This document shows positions 17,052 to 25,400 of a DNA stretch of 63,967 bases, one piece after another. Each line of letters begins with the position of its first letter. The stretch's first letter is position 1. The notes below the pieces were generated by a model, which did not search any database, had not been told where the DNA came from, and was given only the letters and a program-made list of their open reading frames with translations. The stretch lies in IMG/VR virus record IMGVR_UViG_3300031718_000009, positions 1-63,967 of that record; one strand, 5' to 3'. The position numbers and the translations under genes are program-made. The stretch comes from a virus (lineage: Duplodnaviria > Caudoviricetes).

Positions 17052-17170
17052 CCCACATGAACGGCGCGCACGCGGATATCGTGTTCGCGATCCTATTTGC
17101 GGGCTTTTTCACTTTTTTAGGCCTGCTTGTGATCGCCTTGGCAATTTCCAAATCAGGGAAGGAGAAATGA
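17048..17170 (+). CDS. 40-aa membrane peptide
   Basis: Translated by hand: ...IVFAILFAGFFTFLGLLVIALAISKSGKEK. Confidence 0.55.
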   Translation: MTHMNGAHADIVFAILFAGFFTFLGLLVIALAISKSGKEK

Positions 17171-17174
17171 CACT

Positions 17175-17264
17175 ATGTTGAACGTAATTGCATTCGCCTG
17201 GAGCTACATTGTTCCATTGCTTTTGATCGCCTGGGCGGTTTCCAAATTATGGAAGGGGAAGTGA
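17175..17264 (+). CDS. 29-aa membrane peptide whose C-terminus duplicates the previous gene
   Basis: MLNVIAFAWSYIVPLLLIAWAVSKLWKGK; 47-bp imperfect repeat. Confidence 0.5.
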   Translation: MLNVIAFAWSYIVPLLLIAWAVSKLWKGK

Positions 17265-17581
17265 TGGGACGTGACGCCATGAACGACGCCCTGGACAAGC
17301 GCACGCACCAGGCCGGAAGCTTACCGCCCAAAGACCATCGTGGCAATGACCCTGGGGGCGATAGCTTCCAGTTCCGCCCACACATCGACATAAGAGAGCT
17401 CAATAGCCGCGTCGAAGCTCTCTACGAGCGCATTGCCGCGCTCGAGGCGGCGCTCGCCAAGCAGCGCGCTGTGAATGAGGCGCTAGCCAAGGCCATTCCT
17501 GTTTTTGTCGGCATCGGAACGGTCACACTAATTAACGACATTGACAGTCTTGAAGCAGCCCTTCGCGAAGCGCTGAGATGA
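17264..17581 (+). CDS. Coiled-coil hypothetical protein
   Basis: ORF track; TGATG-coupled. Confidence 0.6.
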   Translation: MGRDAMNDALDKRTHQAGSLPPKDHRGNDPGGDSFQFRPHIDIRELNSRVEALYERIAALEAALAKQRAVNEALAKAIPVFVGIGTVTLINDIDSLEAALREALR

Positions 17582-17589
17582 ACACCTGA

Positions 17590-17982
17590 TTATCCGCGAG
17601 CCTTTTCCAATTTCTTGTCTAGGTCGTTTATCATTTTCTGCATCGCCTCGATCTTGTCTTCCATTGCCGTCCGCTGACTGTTGACGATCTTATGGGTTTC
17701 GTCCGTCACAGCCATATTTTCATCGGCCGACTTTTGGAGCCCAGATAGTCGCGCGTCGGTCGTCTTTGCTGCCTCGACTAATGCCCGCGCAGCATTGGCC
17801 GCGTCACGCGCCGCGTTCTCCGTAGCGATTTGCGCCTTTGCGGCGGCCTCGGATGCACGGTGCGCCGCTTCCTGCGCCTTCCTATTCGCACGCTGATTTA
17901 AAAAGGAGGAGCCGACCGTCGCTATGATGTTTCCGAATAGGCCGATGACGGCCGCGATGATGAGATAGCCGTTTTCAGTCAT
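17590..17982 (-). CDS. Membrane-anchored coiled-coil protein (lysis-module accessory)
   Basis: N-terminal TM helix followed by a coiled coil; end of the late operon. Confidence 0.6.
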   Translation of the reverse strand: MTENGYLIIAAVIGLFGNIIATVGSSFLNQRANRKAQEAAHRASEAAAKAQIATENAARDAANAARALVEAAKTTDARLSGLQKSADENMAVTDETHKIVNSQRTAMEDKIEAMQKMINDLDKKLEKARG

Positions 17983-18170
17983 TGCTTAAGTCTCCTTAAG
18001 CGCCCAGCATTGCGCATGATGTCGGTCGGTTTGCGCATTCTACGAAAGCCGAAAATGTGGCGGAACGCGATACGCCTCGCCCACCGCGATCGCCACATGC
18101 CGGCTCGCGCGCACCGCCATAAAAACCTTATGCCGGTGCAACGCGAACCTCTAAGCACGTCGCCCATTGC

Positions 18171-18404
18171 TTACCTTGAGTGCATACCGAGCGTTGGGAA
18201 CGATGCCCCGGATATTCCAGAGGCAACGACCAACTGCCATATGATCCACAGCACGATGCAGACCAGAACTAGGACCATCAGGACGTACACGATCGTCCTG
18301 AACGGCTCGGCCATCGGGATCAGCGGAAGGAGCGTTTGGATAGCCCACCACACAACTCCGATGATGATGACGATGAAAATTATGCCGATTAGCGTCCCGA
18401 TCAT
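18171..18404 (-). CDS. Two-TM small membrane protein (Thivi_2564-like; holin candidate)
   Basis: LIGIIFIVIIIGVVWWAI...IPMAEPFRTIV pattern. Confidence 0.7.
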   Translation of the reverse strand: MIGTLIGIIFIVIIIGVVWWAIQTLLPLIPMAEPFRTIVYVLMVLVLVCIVLWIIWQLVVASGISGASFPTLGMHSR

Positions 18405-18405
18405 T

Positions 18406-20763
18406 TCAATGTACCTCGATGATGTATGGGTGATCAGTCAGGGGAAGAACTACGGAGCTGATGTTAGTACATGCAGTAGCGCACGGCGCGACCGCCGAGG
18501 TCCCCTGAGTTGGGTCGTACGTATTCACAGTCCCGTAGCTCGCGCCGAGGTTAACGGTCACGCTCTGCGTCGGCACCGGCTGCGTGCAGTTTGTTCCCGC
18601 AGTTGATCCTGATGGGCATTGTTCGTCCCATACAACGAGCTCGAAATTCCCATTGCTCTTTTGCAAGAGAAGATCGTGAACCGTCGCAGGCTCGCTTGTG
18701 ATCGAGTAGTTAAGTGTTCCGGTCGTAAATGCTACAGTGTCGGCGAGGATCGTAGTGAGATTATGGATGTATCCTGCCACCGGTCCAACAGCGACACCGG
18801 AGCTGTTGTACCATTGGAAGCCGTCGCCGGATGCAATGGCATAGATCGCGGTGTACTTATACCCACGCTTGAACTGTGAGAGGTAGGTGGAGAGATCGAT
18901 CTTCGCCCCAATAGCTTGAGCTGTCGCGTCTCCCAAGTACCATCCAGTCTCCGTGGTTACTTTTGGAACACCAGGAGCCTGAGTCGCCGAGTAGCCTTGA
19001 TAACTGTGATACCAAGTATTTTCGTAATCGCTGTAGAACGGATATCCAGTCCCCGGCAAATTACCGTTAACTGGATCGGCTGAGTTCCACGCGACGTTAT
19101 CTTGCGGCGTATATGTGCAATTGGTGCAGATAGTGTAGTTGTGCATGTTCGCCCAATCGGCGAACACGGTGCCAGCGGTCATCAACGTTACTAATGAGGC
19201 TCCAGCGCACGTACTGTCGAGGACCAAGCACTGAGCACCGGCATTATCGATTTCGTGGCCACCGTGCGTCAAGCCCCAGACTGGGACACCGTTTAGAGTG
19301 GCGTCTCCGCGAACTGCGGTGCGGAGATCACGCTGGATTTCCATGACGGGAACCCACGAGTAGGCTGTGCCACCAATAGCCCCCCCAGGGACACCATTGT
19401 AATAACCGCCCCAATTATCAGGTTCATTAGCACCCTCGACACCGATCAGAATGCCGGCGTTTTTTGTCGTATCCGCCGCAGAGATTACCGGCGCGATTTC
19501 AGAGTTAGATGCATGATACGTCGGGCAATTGAAGCCATTGATATCCTGACACATGGACCCCATTCCAACTGTCAGCTTCACGTTCGATCCTACAGCTTGC
19601 GCAAGAGAGACAAACTGCGCAGGGGTAACTGTTCCAGCCTCCGGTGCCCAACCACGTATCCATCGAACGCCTATGTATTGTAGGGCCGTTGGCAACCATG
19701 TAGTGAACCCTGTGCCCGTGCCGGTTAGAGTTCCGTTGATGTCAACGGCAATCGAGCTCAGGAAGTCATTAGCGGCAATGGCGTTCCCATTGGAACCACC
19801 CCCACCGCCTGCTGCCACAATTTGGCTTGTAGCGGCGCTTGTAGAGGGGAGGCTCGGGCCAGCCGCGTTCGTGGCGATTTCTTGGACCATCAAGGTGGTT
19901 CCTTGATCGGCCGTAACCAACGGATAAGATGTCCCCGTTGCGCCGGAGATCGCCGTTCCATTGCGCAACCACTTATAAGCGACAGAGGTCGGGCTGCCCG
20001 TGAAAACACCGGGGGTAACGGTAAGCGTCTGGTTTACCTGTGGAGACCCGCAGATTGCGGGGGGCACAAATACGACCGGGACATTGGCCGTCGCTTGAAC
20101 GAGCGTCACGCCGATGCCATCGAAATAGTTGGCGGGCGAAGACGTCGCTGTTTCAATCGGGGCGGTCCCGGTCAGAGCCAGATCGCCGATGGCCATAGAG
20201 CGTTGCGTATGATCCGTCGCGGCATTTCCAAAGCCAGTTGGCAGGGTGATCGTTTGCGCCGCACCGTCGTTATCCCAAAACCCGACATATTGCTCGGCGG
20301 CGATGCCGTGCATGGCAGGGATTGCGCACGAGGTTGCGTAAGTCCCGCACCCCGCTGACGCATCGATAGGTGTCGGGTTGACGTTCCGATAAGTACGGAT
20401 AACCCCTTCCGGGTACGATGTCCCGCTCCAAGTGTATGAAGCCGGTTCATTATTCGCAACGCGCCACCAAAGCTGAGCGCCTTGGATGGCATTGAAGGTA
20501 GGAACGCCGGTGCTCGTGACCTGCGTCCACCCGGTTGGTGTCGGGATTGATCCGGCCGCCGTTTCTTGGGTTGCGACATAGGCGAGCATAACGTCGCCGT
20601 TTTGCGTGCCTGTCGGGACGGCAATCGTCACTGTGGGACCTACACCAGACCCGAAGGTGGTTCCGATGTAAGTGATCGCCGCGCAGTTTCCTGCGGTAGG
20701 CGTTGCGAGGTATGCCAGAGCGCAGACAAGCGCGCTCACGGCAACGATTTTGGCGTTGACCAT
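18406..20763 (-). CDS. Multidomain glycoside hydrolase (clan GH-A-like) with an Ig-like domain and an N-terminal signal peptide
   Basis: Catalytic-type EGANEPD, NMHNY and TTETG motifs; Ig-like PPAI.G.PQV.QTLT..PG.....Y.W.RNG; signal MVNAKIVAVSALVCALAYLA. Confidence 0.7.
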   Translation of the reverse strand: MVNAKIVAVSALVCALAYLATPTAGNCAAITYIGTTFGSGVGPTVTIAVPTGTQNGDVMLAYVATQETAAGSIPTPTGWTQVTSTGVPTFNAIQGAQLWWRVANNEPASYTWSGTSYPEGVIRTYRNVNPTPIDASAGCGTYATSCAIPAMHGIAAEQYVGFWDNDGAAQTITLPTGFGNAATDHTQRSMAIGDLALTGTAPIETATSSPANYFDGIGVTLVQATANVPVVFVPPAICGSPQVNQTLTVTPGVFTGSPTSVAYKWLRNGTAISGATGTSYPLVTADQGTTLMVQEIATNAAGPSLPSTSAATSQIVAAGGGGGSNGNAIAANDFLSSIAVDINGTLTGTGTGFTTWLPTALQYIGVRWIRGWAPEAGTVTPAQFVSLAQAVGSNVKLTVGMGSMCQDINGFNCPTYHASNSEIAPVISAADTTKNAGILIGVEGANEPDNWGGYYNGVPGGAIGGTAYSWVPVMEIQRDLRTAVRGDATLNGVPVWGLTHGGHEIDNAGAQCLVLDSTCAGASLVTLMTAGTVFADWANMHNYTICTNCTYTPQDNVAWNSADPVNGNLPGTGYPFYSDYENTWYHSYQGYSATQAPGVPKVTTETGWYLGDATAQAIGAKIDLSTYLSQFKRGYKYTAIYAIASGDGFQWYNSSGVAVGPVAGYIHNLTTILADTVAFTTGTLNYSITSEPATVHDLLLQKSNGNFELVVWDEQCPSGSTAGTNCTQPVPTQSVTVNLGASYGTVNTYDPTQGTSAVAPCATACTNISSVVLPLTDHPYIIEVH

Positions 20764-20808
20764 GTTGTGAGTTCCTATTCGATTGTGAGGGTGAAAGTTT
20801 TTAGTGGG

Positions 20809-20931
20809 TCAGAAGAAGATGATGAGCGTGACGAGCCACAGCATCGCTGCCACGGCCGCTGCCCACCGGCCGTATATAATGGCGAGCCCGTCGATGATGA
20901 CCCGCCACATTTCCTTATCGACGCCGGTCAT
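20809..20931 (-). CDS. 40-aa membrane peptide
   Basis: Translated by hand; ATGA-coupled. Confidence 0.45.
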   Translation of the reverse strand: MTGVDKEMWRVIIDGLAIIYGRWAAAVAAMLWLVTLIIFF

Positions 20932-21257
20932 GCGACTGGCGGCGCGCCGGGAACCGGGAGAGCTTTGATCTTCGCCTCAAATTCGGCCCCGAGAGCGGTT
21001 ATCTTTGTCGCCAGCTCATCGAGCGGCGCGACGAATGTATCCAGCACGGCGGCGTGCCCAGCAGGGACCGTTGCAACCATGTCGGTCATCGCGGTATCGA
21101 ATTTCGTCTTCAGTGCGTCGATTGTCGTGCTAATCGCCGTGATCTTCGCGAGGATATCTGAGGATGTTGCCATGATGTCTCTGTGCCTTTTCTGCTCGAT
21201 GTCAAAGAAGAAGTCCAGACGGTCGAGCACCGTCTGTTTAAAGTCTTCGTCGGTCAT
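20928..21257 (-). CDS. Coiled-coil hypothetical protein of the lysis region
   Basis: ORF track. Confidence 0.65.
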   Translation of the reverse strand: MTDEDFKQTVLDRLDFFFDIEQKRHRDIMATSSDILAKITAISTTIDALKTKFDTAMTDMVATVPAGHAAVLDTFVAPLDELATKITALGAEFEAKIKALPVPGAPPVA

Positions 21258-21258
21258 T

Positions 21259-21531
21259 TTAGTTAGCTACGACTCTGTTATTCGCGGCAAACTTCGGGGA
21301 GTCCGCAATGGCCGGAGTCGTCACGACCTTTTGGACTTCAGGAAGAGAAGCAGCCGCGGCGATGGTGTTGGTCGTGTTGTGGGTCCATAACGACCACCCA
21401 AATGATGCTGCGGCGGTCACACCGCCAACCAAAGACGTCATCGTGGATTCATCGATTACGCCTTTGCTAACAGCGGCGCCCCCGAAGGCGAGAAGAACGG
21501 ACCTAATTGTTGCCAAAACTTGCGGGTTCAT
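21259..21531 (-). CDS. In-frame internal gene: Pam3-gp28-like putative holin, 90 aa
   Basis: AAGGAAG RBS before the ATG at 21531; IRSVL.AFGG..V.KG...LVGG...WSLW. Confidence 0.55.
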   Translation of the reverse strand: MNPQVLATIRSVLLAFGGAAVSKGVIDESTMTSLVGGVTAAASFGWSLWTHNTTNTIAAAASLPEVQKVVTTPAIADSPKFAANNRVVAN

Positions 21532-22284
21532 TATTGGGCTTCCTTGTGGTTGAGCCGCCTGGATGGCGGCGGGTTTTTGTAAAAGTGTAGGAAGCGGGCT
21601 TGTTGCCCCCTGCAATTTTCCAAAATCTGCGATTGTCGTTTCGAGGATGGCGATCTCGGCGTCGATCGATGCGCGCTCGGCGACGTAGCTTGCGTGTAGG
21701 GCCGTGAGATTGTCGAGAACCGCCGCAATCCTGCCCGCGGTGGGCGCCGACATCGGCGGAAGCACAGCGGGCGGCGCTGGGGCCGGTTGAATGGGAATTG
21801 GCATCGATGGGGCTGCCGGTTGCGGGATGGCCTGTGGGACGGCCTGGGGCGACGGCACGTCAGCCGTAAGATAAAACGCCGCCTCGGATATCCTGCGCTT
21901 GCGATTCACCCCGCCGTTAGCGTTTTGAAGAGCGCGGATTGCCGCCGCCGTTTTTTCAGGATCGCTTGGCGTGATGACGATCGGAAGGCGCCCGTAGTTG
22001 TAGACGAGCGAAGTGATTGCGGTTTTCTGATTTTCGGTCAGCTTGTCCCAGACGGGCCGCGTCATCCCGGTCTTGCCGTAGATCGCCTCTTGTTGGAACT
22101 GCGGAATGCGAAGCGCGAGATTTTGAAGCGCCCGCGCTTTTGTCGTCTCCATCCCTTCGGTGACATGAACCTGGTCAGGCCCCTCGGTATCGCTGCCATA
22201 ACCGAGGCGCCACGCATTCACGTCCCAATAAGCGCGTCCGGCATAGCCCTCGAACCCGGCTATGAACTCAGCGGTTGTCGTCAC
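21259..22284 (-). CDS. GH24 lysozyme-type endolysin fused to a C-terminal holin-like domain
   Basis: IAGFEG...AYWD...LGYG, NQ..AI.SLVYN.G and RR..EA; Pro-rich linker; two hydrophobic helices at the C-terminus. Confidence 0.85.
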   Translation of the reverse strand: MTTTAEFIAGFEGYAGRAYWDVNAWRLGYGSDTEGPDQVHVTEGMETTKARALQNLALRIPQFQQEAIYGKTGMTRPVWDKLTENQKTAITSLVYNYGRLPIVITPSDPEKTAAAIRALQNANGGVNRKRRISEAAFYLTADVPSPQAVPQAIPQPAAPSMPIPIQPAPAPPAVLPPMSAPTAGRIAAVLDNLTALHASYVAERASIDAEIAILETTIADFGKLQGATSPLPTLLQKPAAIQAAQPQGSPIMNPQVLATIRSVLLAFGGAAVSKGVIDESTMTSLVGGVTAAASFGWSLWTHNTTNTIAAAASLPEVQKVVTTPAIADSPKFAANNRVVAN

Positions 22285-22418
22285 GGCTCACCGTGCGTTT
22301 GGATGGCGGACGGGTAGTTCTTCAGCGCTACATGATGGCCGGAATTGGCGTAAACTGCCAAAGCGCAGCCGATCAGAATACCGAGTATCTGAAAGCACCA
22401 GTCAGGAGGTAACTTCAT
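22281..22418 (-). CDS. 45-aa single-TM peptide upstream of the endolysin
   Basis: Translated by hand (MKLPPDWCFQILGILIGCALAVYA...); GTGA-coupled. Confidence 0.5.
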   Translation of the reverse strand: MKLPPDWCFQILGILIGCALAVYANSGHHVALKNYPSAIQTHGEP

Positions 22419-22422
22419 TCGC

Positions 22423-25400
22423 TTATCTCGCTTGCTGGAAATTCGCGCCTGCTTTGATCAGCGCCTCGAAGACAGCCGTAGCTCTGTCTGGTGGCGCGAG
22501 CGCACGCATTACGCTGCCGCGCTTGATGAATTCGTCGCGGTCGAGCGCTTCGAGGACACCAGGATCGAGGAAGTATTTTCCGCCGATCTGTCGCGCGCCA
22601 GCGATAGAAATAAGAAAGCCACCCGATGGGTGGCCTGTGATCGTGATCGCGCCGTCCGCGGATTCCGCGGTGCCCCCAGGTTTTTCCAGGTATTTGATGA
22701 TTTCTCTCGGCTCTCGAAGTTTTTTGACGGCCCCGGCGACAACTTCCTTGTGCGATGTCTGCGCGCGAGGAGCCATAAGCCCCTGTCGAACGGTGCCATC
22801 ATCCATCGTGAAGTGTGCGATTTGCCCGACCTTGTGAAGTAGATCGTATGCCGCGAGCAAATTCCCCGTGGCGATCACCCGCTTTTCGCGAAGCTCGGAC
22901 TTGAAGCTGTCGAACAGCTTGGCGATTTCTGTGGCACTCGTCTTCGATGGATTGACGTGCATCGCGTTCGCCTCGCCGGTCTCTCCAGTCGTCAACTGCG
23001 AGAAAGGAACAGTCCTTGTGCCATAGCCAGGCATCGCGAGCACCGCGGACCAACTCGACGCGGCGTAGGGATTGATCGTCTTGCCTTCATGTTTTACCCC
23101 AACGACAAGCGCATCCGGCAAGGGCGTCTCATGGTTATTGGTGTGCAGGATGGCGCCAGGAAAGACAACGGCCAACTTGTCTCTCATGGCCTCCCTGCCG
23201 TCCGCCAATCGATTAGCTTGCTCTGCCGCTACCTCCGGGTCTTTGGTAATCGCCGTCATCGCGCTCTTGTATTCGTTGAACGCCTGATCGGCGCGGGTCA
23301 TCATCGCGGTATTGGCCTTCCCGCCAGCCGTTTGGAGCGCTTCGAGCGGCGCGAATTTTGGCACGATTTCTCGTCCCAGCATCGCATAAGCGGATTTCAT
23401 CACGTCATCGAATTTCGGCGGCTTGCGGGCGCTCTTGACGTCATACGTACCGACATGCACGGCGGCTTGGAACGGGCTATCGCCAGTCTTTGGAGAGATG
23501 TCCGCGCCGCCCTCGTACTTGGCCTGGAGATCAAGATGTTTGGCCTCAAGCGCATTTTCCCCGCGCTCGTCGAGATCGTCGATCTTGGCTTTGTATTGGC
23601 TCTCGATCGCGTCGTATATCCGTTCTTGGTCTTGCGGGTCTAGCAATGCGATGCGTCCGGTCGTCTTACGCGCGGCGTCTTCGTCCGGGTCTTTCGGATC
23701 AAGCGACTCTAGCGGCTCGCCAAGGTCGATATGAGCGCGCATGTCATCGAGCATAACCTGCGTCACCACTTCATCGCCGTAGTGGTTCAGGAAATCGACC
23801 GCGCCCTTGCCGGAAAGGCCGCTTTTCGCGTCCGCCGTCGTATTGGCGTTTAGGGAGGAAAGTTTCTTGGCGAGCACCGCCATCGGCCGCTTTTCCGCCG
23901 GTACATCGGCACCAAGATGGGCATAGCGCGGCTTGGACACTTGACCTGTGCGCAGGACACGACCGAGCATTTGCATATGAACAGTGATGTTCGGATGCGC
24001 CTGAGCGATGATCATGGCCCGCTGGCCGCGGCCGCTTTCCGGGAATGCCTCGCTATCGTGAAGCGAGATGCCGGTCGCACCGCTTTCGTTTAGAATGAGC
24101 GCTTTCAGTTTCCCGGAATTGAAATCTTTGACCGTCTGGGTGCGGCCCGCAACGGATTTTTCTTTTGGCGATCTGACCCCGATCCGCGGGATATTGCCCT
24201 TCCCGTAATCGAGCGTGTTGTTGCGGCCGGTGATTTCTGAAACGGAATGACCTGCTTGCGAAATCACCTGCCGTATTTTGTCGATCGGCGAGATCGGAAG
24301 CTTGCCGAAATCAAGCCCGTTGATGATGGCTTGCGCCTGATGATACGCGGCCAACCCCTCCGGTCCTAGCTCTTCGTCGGTCATCGTGTGTTTGTCTTCG
24401 ACGGCGCCGAATGGTTTTTTGATCGTGACGACGCGCGATCGATCGAGATAGCGCGAGAGAAGATCGCCGAAGTTCGCTCTGATGAGGTCGCCGGTCTTTG
24501 CGCCGGTCTGCTTCATGTAGTCAGAGACGAAGCTTTCCAGCGTGTTTGCGACGGCGATTACCGGGCGCTCGCCCCTGTTGATCGCCTCGACCGCAAGCTG
24601 CCCTGCGCGTTCCGCCTTCGAGGCGAGGAGGAATTGCGCAACGACGTTGTGCATGAGGGAGGTAAAATTCGTGCTTTCGGCCCCGGCCGTCCCAACCGAG
24701 GCATCTTGCCCGGCAATCGCGGCCTCGGCCTTGACTTGTTTGTCAATGTCCTTGACGGATTTGCCAGCTTTCTTTGAGAATTCATTAATCGCCCGCAACG
24801 CCCGCGAAAAGCCGGCATAGAGCTCGCGATCGATCGGCGTCACTTCCATATCGTATTTGATGCCGTCGAAAGACCGCTCGCGGCGAAGATACTGGCCGCT
24901 CTCGGCAAGCGCGGACGCAACAACTTGCTGCATCGGCACGCCGCCCTTTTTGATCGCCTCGCCGAGGTCCTTCATATCTGAGACGGCGTAGCGCATGTCG
25001 GTCTTGGAATAGAGCCGCATACTGTCCGGCCGCTTGGCATAGGTCGCCGAGGAATACGCAACGGCCTTGGCCTTTTGGACAAGCTCGCGGGCGAACTCGG
25101 CGCGATCTGCAGGGGGCGGGAGCTTGCCCTTTGCAATGCGCTTCTCGACGGCCGCACCGCCGGCATTATGGCTCTCGTCGAAAAGAATGATCGAGTTCGG
25201 CGCCATGCTCCGCAGAAAGTCCCGCCGCGCCGTATTCTGACCTTTGACCGTTTGCATTTGCGAGTAAGTGGTCATGATCATGTCGTGATCAAGCAGCCTA
25301 GCGCCGACGCGGTTGCTGCCCTGTTGGTTCCCGGTCGCCGCGATGTCGCGGAGTTGTTTCTCCTGCTCTGGGCCGTCCGGCGTTTTCAGAATTGTTCCTT

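Noticed and set aside
21531-21728. Nested ORF as an Rz1-like spanin
   Set aside because: It has no hydrophobic leader or lipobox.
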